Counted from the first letter of the stretch, positions 51,355 through 60,775 are shown. The stretch is 64,000 nucleotides of DNA from Rickettsiales bacterium (ex Bugula neritina AB1) (GCA_001730065.1 MDLE01000006.1:74938-138937); one strand, 5' to 3'. Numbers and translations are program-made. The notes: a model not told the origin generated them from the sequence alone.

Positions 51355-52251
51355 ATGAAAATTTTTTATAACTATAAAGAGGCATTAGAAGACTTTAAAG
51401 ATAAAGGTATAATTATTTTTCCTACAGAAAGTGTATATGGATTAGGAGCGCCAGCACTTTTATCATCAGAAGTAGAAAAAATATATAAAATAAAAAATCG
51501 TCCTCGAATAAATCCACTTATTGTGCATTTTTTAAACCTAAAACAAGTGGAGGAATATGTATATATGAATGATTTAGCAAAAAATCTTTGTAAAATATTT
51601 TGGCCAGGTCCTTTAACAATTTTATTAAAAAAAAAAAATAACTTGTTAAATGCTTCAAATAATGGAAGTGATATGATTTGTTGTCGTGTTTCAAACAGCA
51701 GTTTTTTAAAAAAACTTATAGAAGAAAAAGGTCCTATATGTGCACCAAGTGCTAATTTATCTAGTTTAATAACAATTACTAATAAAGAAATGGCAATATC
51801 TCAGTACGAAAATACCAATATAGGAATTTTTGTAGATGATAGTATCATTGGTGGTATAGAATCAACAATTATTACTTGTGAAAACAATAATATAAAAATT
51901 TTACGAGAAGGATTAATCTCTAAAGAAGAACTCAGTATCTATGGTAATACAGAAATAATTCATAAAGGACAAAAAGTACCTGGTAGTTATTTTAAACATT
52001 ATCAAATATCAAAAACTTTAAAAATAGGTACAAAAAATGAAGAGAATTTTTTTATTACAATAGGAGATAATATTGGAGATTTTAATTTAAGTAAACAAAA
52101 AAAACAAAAAGAAATATTTAAAAATTTTTTCTATAGTTTTTATTTAGGAGATATATCTAATAAAAAATATGTAGTTTTAGATAAAAATATCATTGAAGAT
52201 TTACCTAGTAGTTTAAAAAATCGACTAAATAAAATGTTAAATTTGATATAA
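51355..52251 (+). CDS. L-threonylcarbamoyladenylate synthase (Sua5/TsaC type, t6A pathway)
   Basis: FPTESVYGLGA, KIKNRPRINPLIVH, FWPGPLT, APSANLS. The length includes the C-terminal Sua5 domain. Confidence 0.85.
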   Translation: MKIFYNYKEALEDFKDKGIIIFPTESVYGLGAPALLSSEVEKIYKIKNRPRINPLIVHFLNLKQVEEYVYMNDLAKNLCKIFWPGPLTILLKKKNNLLNASNNGSDMICCRVSNSSFLKKLIEEKGPICAPSANLSSLITITNKEMAISQYENTNIGIFVDDSIIGGIESTIITCENNNIKILREGLISKEELSIYGNTEIIHKGQKVPGSYFKHYQISKTLKIGTKNEENFFITIGDNIGDFNLSKQKKQKEIFKNFFYSFYLGDISNKKYVVLDKNIIEDLPSSLKNRLNKMLNLI

Positions 52252-52259
52252 TCATAAGT

Positions 52260-52643
52260 ATGTATATATATTTTATTATCTTTAATCTATTATATATCAA
52301 TACTACCGAAAATAAAGATGTTACAAATCAATCAATCGGTGCTTTATTACAAGAAAACTTAAATGATATTCGAAAGAAATTTAATGATCAAAATATACCT
52401 ACAAATGATTTAGATATATTAGAAGAAAATATTAAATTACTATTAATGTCCTATAATAGTAATAGTGATAAAATTTCTCTGAATAACTTAAATATTTATA
52501 TAATAATTGCAATAATTATGAGTTTATGGACATATATATTTGTTAATATAAAATTTTTTATTAAATATTTTAATACAGATACTACTATTAATAAAGAAAA
52601 TAAACAAAAAACATCTAAAAATATTAAAACAATTATTTATTAA
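52260..52643 (+). CDS. hypothetical small membrane-anchored protein
   Basis: 127 aa. N-terminal hydrophobic segment plus one internal TM (IYIIIAIIMSLWTYIFVNI). Confidence 0.4.
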   Translation: MYIYFIIFNLLYINTTENKDVTNQSIGALLQENLNDIRKKFNDQNIPTNDLDILEENIKLLLMSYNSNSDKISLNNLNIYIIIAIIMSLWTYIFVNIKFFIKYFNTDTTINKENKQKTSKNIKTIIY

Positions 52644-52702
52644 TTTAACTAATCATAACTAATAATTAATATTTATTATGATATTATTAATTAATATATT
52701 AT

Positions 52703-53449
52703 ATGCATAAAAAGTTAATAAACTTGTTTCGTAAACCTAAAAATCATATTTCCTATATTATAGAAAAAATTATTAATATATTTACAAAGTCTTCTAAAGA
52801 TTCTTCTTATATGTTAAATAGTTTTATCACTTCCCTTAAAGATATGAATTATATTAATTATAAAGATATAGATATTAATAATTTAAAAAAAAAAATTTAT
52901 TATGAAATTTCTAGTTGTTATTTACTTTATGAGGATAGTATTGAAAATATTATAGGTATAATTACATATCAAGATTTAGTAAATTATATATTTAATAATA
53001 AAAGTAAAAATAAAACATTTAAAACATCAAAATTTTTATTTTTACCTTATATGGCAGATATTAATGATGTTTTACAACAAATGTTAACGGAAGAAATTAA
53101 ATTTATTATTGCCATCGATACAAGAGGTAATCCTTTAGGTTTTTTTGAAAAATATAACATTATTAATTACTTTGAAAAAAGTATTTTACTTCAAGAAAAG
53201 TTTAAAGATAATACTGTTAAAATTAGTGGTGGTACTCTTATAGAACATATTCCTTGGAAAATTTTAGAATTTCAAGTTTGTTATAAATTAGGTATACGTA
53301 CAATAGGTGGTTTTTTATCCTATTATACGGGATATGTACCTTCTGTAAATGAAGTTATTAAAATTGATAATTTAGAATTTCAAATATTAGAAGCAACAGA
53401 TCGAAAAATAAATTTAATTTCTATAAAAAAAATTTCTAATATATCTTGA
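52703..53449 (+). CDS. CBS-pair plus CorC/HlyC C-terminal domain protein (CorC/YbeX-like)
   Basis: CBS-like blocks (IIGIITYQDLVNYI; IIAIDTRGNPLGFF) and a transporter-associated C-terminal domain (IRTIGGFLSYYTGYVPSVNEVIKIDNLEFQILEATDRKINLISIKK). Confidence 0.7.
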   Translation: MHKKLINLFRKPKNHISYIIEKIINIFTKSSKDSSYMLNSFITSLKDMNYINYKDIDINNLKKKIYYEISSCYLLYEDSIENIIGIITYQDLVNYIFNNKSKNKTFKTSKFLFLPYMADINDVLQQMLTEEIKFIIAIDTRGNPLGFFEKYNIINYFEKSILLQEKFKDNTVKISGGTLIEHIPWKILEFQVCYKLGIRTIGGFLSYYTGYVPSVNEVIKIDNLEFQILEATDRKINLISIKKISNIS

Positions 53450-53482
53450 TTTTAATATCTATATATGTTATATTTCAAACAA

Positions 53483-53591
53483 GTGGCGGTTTTATAGTTT
53501 ATCGTGTACTACCCTAATCCATCTCGAACTAGGCAGTAAAAGCGATAAATGCTTATGATACTGGGTTTCTGGGAAAGTGAGTACTGCCATG
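53483..53591 (+). rRNA. rrf: 5S ribosomal RNA (not linked to a 23S gene)
   Basis: Helix I TGGCGGT/ACTGCCA, conserved loop region CCATCTCGAACTAGGCAGTAAAAGC (compare E. coli CCATGCCGAACTCAGAAGTGAAACG), and the 3' domain GATACTGGG...CTGGGAAAGTGAGTAC. Confidence 0.85.
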
Positions 53592-53766
53592 TATTTGCAA
53601 TTTATTTAAATTATAATATAATTTATTTTTATATTTAATTACTTACTTGAATATATTTATCAATTATTTATTAAATAAATTTTGATTATAAATTATCAAT
53701 AATTTTTAAGAAAACTTGATTTTAAAATATTATAACTATAGTTTTCATATATTTGTACAACTATAA

Positions 53767-54705
53767 CTATAATTGACTTATCATAAAGCTTTTAAATCCA
53801 TAAGTAAAGGTAAAATATAACTTAAATGTAAGATATAAATATATTATATATAATACTAATAATGAAAAAAATATCATTGGTGTAAAATTATACATAAATA
53901 ATCCTACTAATGTAATCAAAATTATTTTATGTGTTTTAAAGAAATTATAAGTAGAATTAACACTCATTAAAATGTTATATATATTTTTACCAAAGAAATT
54001 CAACAACATAGTATTATAAAGAGTATTTAATTCATTTGTTTTTTTTCTTTCTTCACTTTCTTTTTTTAATGTTTCATCGGTTTTTCTAATTTCTCGAGCT
54101 GTATTTATAATACTATTATATAATTTAAATTCTTTTTCTAATGTATCTTTCGTAGGATTTTCGTTATATTCTCTCTTCGCTTTTAAATATTCGTTTCTTT
54201 TTTCTTCTGGTACTTGATCTAAGTAACTATTAAAAATTTCTTCACTTAATTTTTTTTCTTTATTTTCTTCTAAAAGATCTGCAATATCTGCATATTCCGA
54301 TTTTTTTACTTTTGCATTATTTGGTAGTATTACATTTTCTTCTTCTTCAAAAAGATCTGCATATGAAGATCTTTCTACTGTAGGTTTTTCTTCTTTATAG
54401 AAATTATCTATTGTTTCTTGACTAAAATTTGGATTATTTGGATTTAAATCAAAAAATTCCATATTCTTAATTTCTTTTAGTCTTTCTTCATCGTCTTCAT
54501 TAGAACTAAAAGAAGAAAAATCATCTTCTTCATCATTGGATTCATCATCGCTTGTTTCTATGTCTTGGGGCTTTTCATTGTTGTCTTTGTTTGGATTTTT
54601 TATAGCTAATACACCTGCTACTAAAGTAGCAATAGTATTATTCATAACACAATTATTTTCTATTCCAAACAAACATAAAAATAAAAATATTTTACGATTA
54701 TTCAT
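53767..54705 (-). CDS. hypothetical acidic protein with signal peptide and C-terminal membrane anchor
   Basis: 312 aa. Asp/Glu/Ser-rich N-terminal half (SDDESNDEEDDFSSFSSNEDDEE) and two C-terminal hydrophobic segments. Preceded by a perfect extended SD. Confidence 0.5.
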   Translation of the reverse strand: MNNRKIFLFLCLFGIENNCVMNNTIATLVAGVLAIKNPNKDNNEKPQDIETSDDESNDEEDDFSSFSSNEDDEERLKEIKNMEFFDLNPNNPNFSQETIDNFYKEEKPTVERSSYADLFEEEENVILPNNAKVKKSEYADIADLLEENKEKKLSEEIFNSYLDQVPEEKRNEYLKAKREYNENPTKDTLEKEFKLYNSIINTAREIRKTDETLKKESEERKKTNELNTLYNTMLLNFFGKNIYNILMSVNSTYNFFKTHKIILITLVGLFMYNFTPMIFFSLLVLYIIYLYLTFKLYFTFTYGFKSFMISQL

Positions 54706-54708
54706 TTA

Positions 54709-54718
54709 TCACCTCCTT
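54709..54718 (-). promoter_or_regulatory. extended Shine-Dalgarno AAGGAGGTGA upstream of ATG 54705
   Basis: The plus strand reads TCACCTCCTT at 54709-54718, giving a 10-nt complement to the canonical anti-SD. Confidence 0.65.
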
Positions 54719-54873
54719 AATGGTATTAATATAAATTATACATTATAATTAATATCATTACAATATTATATTAGTATTATTGAAATATTATTAATAATTA
54801 ACAAAAATTATTATGTAATAAATTATATATCATATATAACAAATTTATATATTAATGATAAAATAATAAAAAT

Positions 54874-56124
54874 ATGTATACTTTATTATTAGGTAGTGGT
54901 AAAAATGGATTGTATACCTATAATTTTTTAAAAAAACATTCTATAAATATAAAAGTATATGATGATTCAAAAACAAACTATAATCTTTTTTTTTCTCATG
55001 AAATATATGAAAATATTAATGAAATAGATTTTAAAACTATTAAAGAAATTATTCCTACACCAGGTGTTTCTCCTAATCATCATCTATTAATAGAATCAAG
55101 AAAATTTTTAATTCCCATTTTATCAAATTTAGATATATTATGGAAATATGGTAATAAAGATAATTATTATATAGGTGTTACAGGTTCAAATGGTAAAACT
55201 ACAACTGTATCTATGATTTCGCATTTTTTAAAAAATAAAAATATTCCTCATTTATTAGTAGGAAATATAGGTAAAGATATCTTTAAAGATAAAACTTTAA
55301 CCTATAAAGGTAGAAATATTTATATTATTGAAGTATCTTCTTATCAATTACACTACACAAATTATATGATATTTAATATAGGAGCAATAACGAATATTTG
55401 TTCTAATCATGAAGATTGGCATGGAAGTTTTTCCCAATATAAAAATGATAAATTAAAAATTTATACTAATAATGATTATCAAGGTTCTTTTATGGGAGAA
55501 GGATTAAAAGAAGTTTTTTATAATAAAAAGATTACTAATACATATTTAAACAAAAATAAATATAATAAGGAAATTAGATTAATTGATAAAAAATATGAGA
55601 TTCATAATATAAAAAATTTTTTTCTTGCTTTTTATATTTTTAATAAAATAACAAATTATTCTATTAATGAAGCGATTAATTGTATTAATAATTTTATAAT
55701 ACCATCACATAGATGTGAAATTATTATTAATAATAATAAATATATTGTTATAAATGATAGTAAATCTACTTCTATTACAAGCACTAATGTTGCTATTAAA
55801 TTTTCTCAAAGTTTTAAAAAAAAAATCTTTTTAATAATGGGACATAATCTCAAAGGTAATATAAATATTCTAGACTATTATAAAATATCAAAATTTTATA
55901 TATTTGGTAGTAAAAGAAACCTTATAAAAAATTTTTTATTAAAAAAATCTTATAATAATTTTGTAGAATTTGAAAATCTTAAATCATGCTTAAAATATTT
56001 AAATCAACAATTTATAGAACCAGGTATATATGTTTTTTCACCAGGAGGATCTTCTTTTGAAGAATTTAAAAATTATGAAGAAAGAGGAGATTTTTTTAAG
56101 AAAGAAATTTCAAAAATATTTTAA
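54874..56124 (+). CDS. murD: UDP-N-acetylmuramoylalanine--D-glutamate ligase
   Basis: GVTGSNGKTTT P-loop. N-terminal Rossmann domain with ...PGVSPNHH..., NDSKSTS motif and Mur ligase C-terminal domain. Confidence 0.88.
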   Translation: MYTLLLGSGKNGLYTYNFLKKHSINIKVYDDSKTNYNLFFSHEIYENINEIDFKTIKEIIPTPGVSPNHHLLIESRKFLIPILSNLDILWKYGNKDNYYIGVTGSNGKTTTVSMISHFLKNKNIPHLLVGNIGKDIFKDKTLTYKGRNIYIIEVSSYQLHYTNYMIFNIGAITNICSNHEDWHGSFSQYKNDKLKIYTNNDYQGSFMGEGLKEVFYNKKITNTYLNKNKYNKEIRLIDKKYEIHNIKNFFLAFYIFNKITNYSINEAINCINNFIIPSHRCEIIINNNKYIVINDSKSTSITSTNVAIKFSQSFKKKIFLIMGHNLKGNINILDYYKISKFYIFGSKRNLIKNFLLKKSYNNFVEFENLKSCLKYLNQQFIEPGIYVFSPGGSSFEEFKNYEERGDFFKKEISKIF

Positions 56125-56169
56125 AATAAGATATTTCTAAAGTATTTTTTATATGATATAAATAGTATT

Positions 56170-56646
56170 ATGAAAATAAAAAAAATAAAAGGTTTCATGG
56201 GTTTTGAATTGTTATTATTTGCAACAATAATTTTATTTACAATAAAAATTTTTGATTGTATAGTAACCATTACAAACAAAAATATTAAATTTTTAGAGGA
56301 ACAACAAAAACTATATTATTTAAAAAATATATTATTAGATTATTTATTAACAAATAACAAATTACCACTTCAAGAAGAAAAAATTAATCATGATATTTTA
56401 AAAATACCATCAAGTTATAATTCTATTATAATAAAAACAAATAATACAAATATTTTTATTAATGAAAATAGTATTGGAGATGAAAGAGAAATCTTTTCTT
56501 TACACTTAAATAATCGTTCTTTAAATGTATATGCGGGAGAATTGCGTTTATTAAAAAAACAACATAATATAAATACTTATAATACACATTGTATAGAAAG
56601 CAAAAATAATTGGCAAAAAAATAATTGGCAAAAAATTAAAATTTAA
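56170..56646 (+). CDS. possible prepilin/pseudopilin-like protein (class III signal peptide)
   Basis: The N-terminus MKIKKIKG|FMGFELLLFATIILF has a basic leader, Gly at -1, Phe at +1, Glu at +5 and a hydrophobic helix, matching the prepilin-peptidase motif. The C-terminus carries a 15-bp duplication (NNWQKNNWQK). Confidence 0.4.
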   Translation: MKIKKIKGFMGFELLLFATIILFTIKIFDCIVTITNKNIKFLEEQQKLYYLKNILLDYLLTNNKLPLQEEKINHDILKIPSSYNSIIIKTNNTNIFINENSIGDEREIFSLHLNNRSLNVYAGELRLLKKQHNINTYNTHCIESKNNWQKNNWQKIKI

Positions 56647-56820
56647 TATAAAAACAAACTTAACTAAGTTGTTGATTTTATTTTAAAAGTATCAAAAAAA
56701 TTGTATTATATGAAAGGTATAGCAGATCTATATAGATAAAAAACTTAAGCCGGCTGACTCTATGAGACTTCACTTTATGTTATTTTGCTATACCAAAATT
56801 TTATTTTCATTTCTTAATTA

Positions 56821-57285
56821 TTATATTTGTTTTAAAATTGCAATAATACCTCCCATTCCCACAGAAACAGATAAATTTAAACTACGGGCATTTACAAACA
56901 TTGGAATTGATACCAATGCATCCATTAACCCCATATTTTCTGTTTCCATACCATCCTCTTCACGACCAAAAACTAAAATATCATTTTCTTTAAAAATAAA
57001 ATCCTTAACATTTAAAGATGTATGTGGTGTAAAAAGAACTTTTCTTTGGTCTTTTGTTTTCTCTAAAAAATCTTTAAATGAATTATGTTCTATATATATA
57101 GGTTCATAATCTAAAGAAGATCTACCAAGATTTTTTTTATTTTTAAAAATAAACCCTAAAGGATGTATTATATGTAAAATAACATCAAAAACAAAAGTTG
57201 TTCTCATAATAGCCCCTAAATTTAAAGGAATCTGTGGTTCATATAAGGCAATTTCAAAACGTTTATTTTCTAAAAAGATACTCAT
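56821..57285 (-). CDS. trmL: tRNA (cytidine/uridine-34 2'-O)-methyltransferase TrmL (SpoU/YibK)
   Basis: IALYEPQIPLNLGAIMRT, LVFGREEDGM and SIPM...ARSLNLSVSVG SPOUT knot motifs. 154 aa. Confidence 0.85.
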   Translation of the reverse strand: MSIFLENKRFEIALYEPQIPLNLGAIMRTTFVFDVILHIIHPLGFIFKNKKNLGRSSLDYEPIYIEHNSFKDFLEKTKDQRKVLFTPHTSLNVKDFIFKENDILVFGREEDGMETENMGLMDALVSIPMFVNARSLNLSVSVGMGGIIAILKQI

Positions 57286-57323
57286 TTTTAAATTATAAAC
57301 TAATATAAGAAATATAAAAATAC

Positions 57324-58517
57324 TTATTTTTTATTATAAAAAAATATATGTTTTTTTAATTTTAATTTTATTATTTCTTCGGAATGTTTACTAGATAATC
57401 GACAATATTCTTCATGACGCTTTATATACGTTTTATTAATTAAAGTCTCTTTACTTTTATAATAATTATTAATAATTTGTTTTAATAGACTTATTTCTTT
57501 TTCTATTTGTTTAAGACGTTTTTCTGAAAAATTTTCACTAATTTTATGTTCTTCAAAGAATATTTTTAAATTTTTGTACATCTTTTGTTTTTCAAATTTA
57601 TGAATAATCTTTTTTTGTTTAAAATTATAAATAGTACGAAATATTTCTCCTAAATCAAAATTAACACTAAAATTAATCATAGAATTAGATAAATCTACTC
57701 CACTTCTTATATTCAAAGGTACATTATTAGTAATATAATTATATTTAAAATTTTTAGGAGTTTTTATATGAATTACAGGTATTGATTCTTTTAAAGCAAT
57801 AAGTGCATCCTCTTGTTTTTCTAAATAATTACAAAAATTATGTAGTTTATCTATAGTATTTTCATTAATTACACCATTAGAATCAATGATTATTAGTGCA
57901 ATTTTTTCTTCAGTATTTAATATGTTATCTATAGCATTTATAATATATTCATATAGTAAATATATTTCTTCAATATTTTCTAAATCTTCTTCTTCTAATA
58001 AAATTTTAAAATTTTTTTGTTTTTTTATTAATTCTTTTAAAAGAAAATCTAAAAATTTATAATTATTCCTAATATTTGATACTAACTCTATTATATTAAT
58101 TAAAAGTTTATGGAATTTTAAAATATTTTCATTAATATTTATATCCATATTCCACATAAGTTCTTTATATTCGTTGCTTTTTTGAATTTTTTTTAAAATT
58201 GTTAATTCTAATATATTAGATATGTTCCAGTTAATAGAAAAATTATAACTGTCCGTCAGGCTATTTTGCCATGTTAATTCTGGTATAAAATTTATAAAAT
58301 CATTTTGTTTTAACAATAAAATTTTAATTTTATTTTTAAATTCTATAAGACTTATATCTACATACTCTTTCGATAATTTCAAAACATTTATAAAATCCTT
58401 ATCTTGAGTTTTAAAATTTTTATTATATTTTTCTAAATATTTTTCTGCTTCTTTGAAGATAAATACTTTTTCATCACCATAAATCTTCAAAAAAAAATAT
58501 AATATTATTAGATGCAT
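57324..58517 (-). CDS. hypothetical secreted protein; weak TolC-like two-repeat layout
   Basis: Signal-like N-terminus. Long helical Lys/Glu-rich stretches are interrupted twice by short beta-like blocks (IPELTWQNSLTDSYNFSINWNISNI; VPLNIRSGVDLSNSMINFSVNFDLGEI). The resemblance is of pattern only. Confidence 0.3.
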   Translation of the reverse strand: MHLIILYFFLKIYGDEKVFIFKEAEKYLEKYNKNFKTQDKDFINVLKLSKEYVDISLIEFKNKIKILLLKQNDFINFIPELTWQNSLTDSYNFSINWNISNILELTILKKIQKSNEYKELMWNMDININENILKFHKLLINIIELVSNIRNNYKFLDFLLKELIKKQKNFKILLEEEDLENIEEIYLLYEYIINAIDNILNTEEKIALIIIDSNGVINENTIDKLHNFCNYLEKQEDALIALKESIPVIHIKTPKNFKYNYITNNVPLNIRSGVDLSNSMINFSVNFDLGEIFRTIYNFKQKKIIHKFEKQKMYKNLKIFFEEHKISENFSEKRLKQIEKEISLLKQIINNYYKSKETLINKTYIKRHEEYCRLSSKHSEEIIKLKLKKHIFFYNKK

Positions 58518-58563
58518 TGATATATATTATAGACGTCTTTTCAAGATATTTAAGTGATATTTA

Positions 58564-59591
58564 TTAATAATTATTTAAAAATTTTTTTCTATAAATTTCC
58601 CCAAATAAAAATGTTGATATTGTTCCTATAGTTAGTATTATAATCTTATATTTTATATTTATATGAATATAATTCATAATCCATAAAATAATATATGTAT
58701 ATATATGTTTCCACATATATATATATTTTAAATATTCTATTGGTATTGTTTTTGTAGTATGTATCACTAATAAAGGTGAAAAAATAAAATAAAAATTATA
58801 AACACTAATAATAAAAAAAATAACAAATAATTTATTATTAAAAAAAAGAATACTTAATGATATACAAATAAGATTAAATATTAATACTTTAAGATTTTTT
58901 TTTAATAAAATACCTATAAAACCTCCAATAATAAGTGGTAAAATTTTATAGAAATTGTAGGATATAAAATTTAATAAATATTTATTATATATAACTACTA
59001 TTGTAGATACACTAACAGCAAATCCTAAACTTATTCCCATAACATGACTATATCTAAAAAATTTTTTATTCTCTAAAAAATTATAATTTTTTTTTTTTAA
59101 ATCTATATCATTTATGAAATATATAAGAAAAATTAATATAAATATTAAAATATTAATAAATATTGTAAAACACTTAACATTAAAGATATAATAAAAATAA
59201 CTTAACAAAGGTAATAAAAATGGTGTTGTATTATTAAATAGATTAATTTTTGATTTATCTTTATCAATTGTATAGATTATAATACCTTCTATACCACCAA
59301 AACAAAATCCCTGTAATCCTCTTAATATATAAAAAACATATATATTATTAAATTGCCAAATAAAAATATTAATAATATTCAAAAATACTAAAAATATTAA
59401 TAAAATATATTTGATTTTTATTTTAAGTTTTTTATGTATTAAATCTATTATTATATTATTAAAAAAAAAAAAAAATTAAAAATAATAGAACTAACCCATA
59501 AATGATTACTACTTATGGATATTAATTCACTTATATCATTTGAAAAAAATACAAAAATCTTACTGGATAAAATAAAAATTGATTTTTCCAT
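58564..59591 (-). pseudogene. MFS-like membrane transporter gene split by a frameshift at an A15 homopolymer
   Basis: ATG 59591 opens a 47-codon frame (MEKSIFILSSKIFVFFSNDISELISISSNHLWVSSIIFNFFFF...). This runs through the 15-nt A run (59461-59475) and stops 3 codons later. The 272-aa ORF (59382->58564, LRGLQGFCFGG...) is in the frame that a 16-nt run would join without a stop. Confidence 0.55.
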
Positions 59592-59604
59592 TATAATAAA
59601 TATA

Positions 59605-60447
59605 CTATTTATTATCCACATCTAAAGCCTCTTCAAACTGATATGTAGGTAGTTTTTTTGTATTTTTATGACAAGTGGGACAGTAATCAAAAAATGTAAA
59701 ATAAGACTTAAGAATACAATACTTATCAAATTGTAAAAGAACTAATCCTAAAAATTCTCCATGATCACATTTATAACAGGAACTATACATAAAAACATCA
59801 TTACCACACCCATCATATTCTATATATTGTATATTTAGTTTACCTATTATTTCTCCCATTGTATATACTATATTACGATTTAAATACATTTCATCATTTG
59901 TGACACTACCTTTTTTAGACAATAAATAAAACATTTTATAAATGCTATATTCCTTAAAATATGGGGGTATATTTGTCATCAAATAATAATCAGGTGCAAA
60001 ATTTATATTTATAGATTCATTAAAAACTTGAAATAAAGTAATTAATCTATTAAATAAACTTTCAGTTGTAAAATATTTTTGTTGATTGTTTCTATTTTCC
60101 ACTAACATCATACCGAACAAATTATTCTTGTTAGGTGCTTGAAAAAACAAAACTTCTAGAAGAATATTTAAATATTTTTTTTTAAAAATAAAAAATGGTT
60201 TACCTTTGATAGAAGAATTATTACTATATTTACCTGTAGCAATAATTTTGTCAAACATATCTAATTTTACTACGGTAGGAATTATAGATTTGTTTTTCTC
60301 TTTTAAAACTATAATTTTTGTATCACAATTTTGATAAAAAACCCCAATAACATGATATAAATCTTGATATTTCTTAAAAGATTGTCCTATTTTCAAAGTG
60401 GATATAGACAATACAAAATAACTAGTTATTAAGATTTTTTTTATCAT
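59605..60447 (-). CDS. hypothetical protein with signal peptide and C-terminal Cys cluster
   Basis: 280 aa. N-terminus ILITSYFVLSIS. C-terminal CGND...CYKCDHGE...CPTCH. Its start overlaps the rpmF 3' end by 26 nt. Confidence 0.45.
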   Translation of the reverse strand: MIKKILITSYFVLSISTLKIGQSFKKYQDLYHVIGVFYQNCDTKIIVLKEKNKSIIPTVVKLDMFDKIIATGKYSNNSSIKGKPFFIFKKKYLNILLEVLFFQAPNKNNLFGMMLVENRNNQQKYFTTESLFNRLITLFQVFNESININFAPDYYLMTNIPPYFKEYSIYKMFYLLSKKGSVTNDEMYLNRNIVYTMGEIIGKLNIQYIEYDGCGNDVFMYSSCYKCDHGEFLGLVLLQFDKYCILKSYFTFFDYCPTCHKNTKKLPTYQFEEALDVDNK

Positions 60448-60634
60448 TGTATTGATTTTTTGGAGGTTTTACAAAAACATTTTTATAAAACCCACATTTT
60501 GTGCATCTATTTTTAGGAATAATAATATTTTTACAATTATTACACAAAACACCTTGAGTTTCCTTTAATGCATCATGAGACTTTCTCATACCTTTAGCGG
60601 ATTTAGAGGTTTTTTTTTTAGGTACTACTGACAT
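60422..60634 (-). CDS. rpmF: 50S ribosomal protein L32
   Basis: The MSVVPKKKTSKSAKGMRKSHDALK signature and zinc-ribbon CNNC...CTKCGFY. Confidence 0.9.
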   Translation of the reverse strand: MSVVPKKKTSKSAKGMRKSHDALKETQGVLCNNCKNIIIPKNRCTKCGFYKNVFVKPPKNQYNDKKNLNN

Positions 60635-60775
60635 TTTACTTACTTCCTTTTTATTTAAAATGTTATCATATAATTATTTAAAATAAAAATACAAAGAATA
60701 AATTTTTTTTAATCTATATTTTGTATTCTTTATTTATAAATTTGCAATAATTATTATCTAAAAAGATATATTAAT

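Noticed and set aside
54536-54748. 70-aa plus-strand ORF
   Set aside because: It is antisense to the 5' part of the acidic protein gene and runs across that gene's SD and start.
56762-57109. 115-aa plus-strand ORF
   Set aside because: It overlaps trmL in antisense. trmL is supported by the SPOUT motifs.
59612-59620. Perfect DnaA-box consensus TTATCCACA
   Set aside because: It is a single copy, lies inside the 3' end of a CDS, and has no cluster of boxes or adjacent AT-rich unwinding element distinct from the background. One chance occurrence in 64 kb on two strands is plausible.
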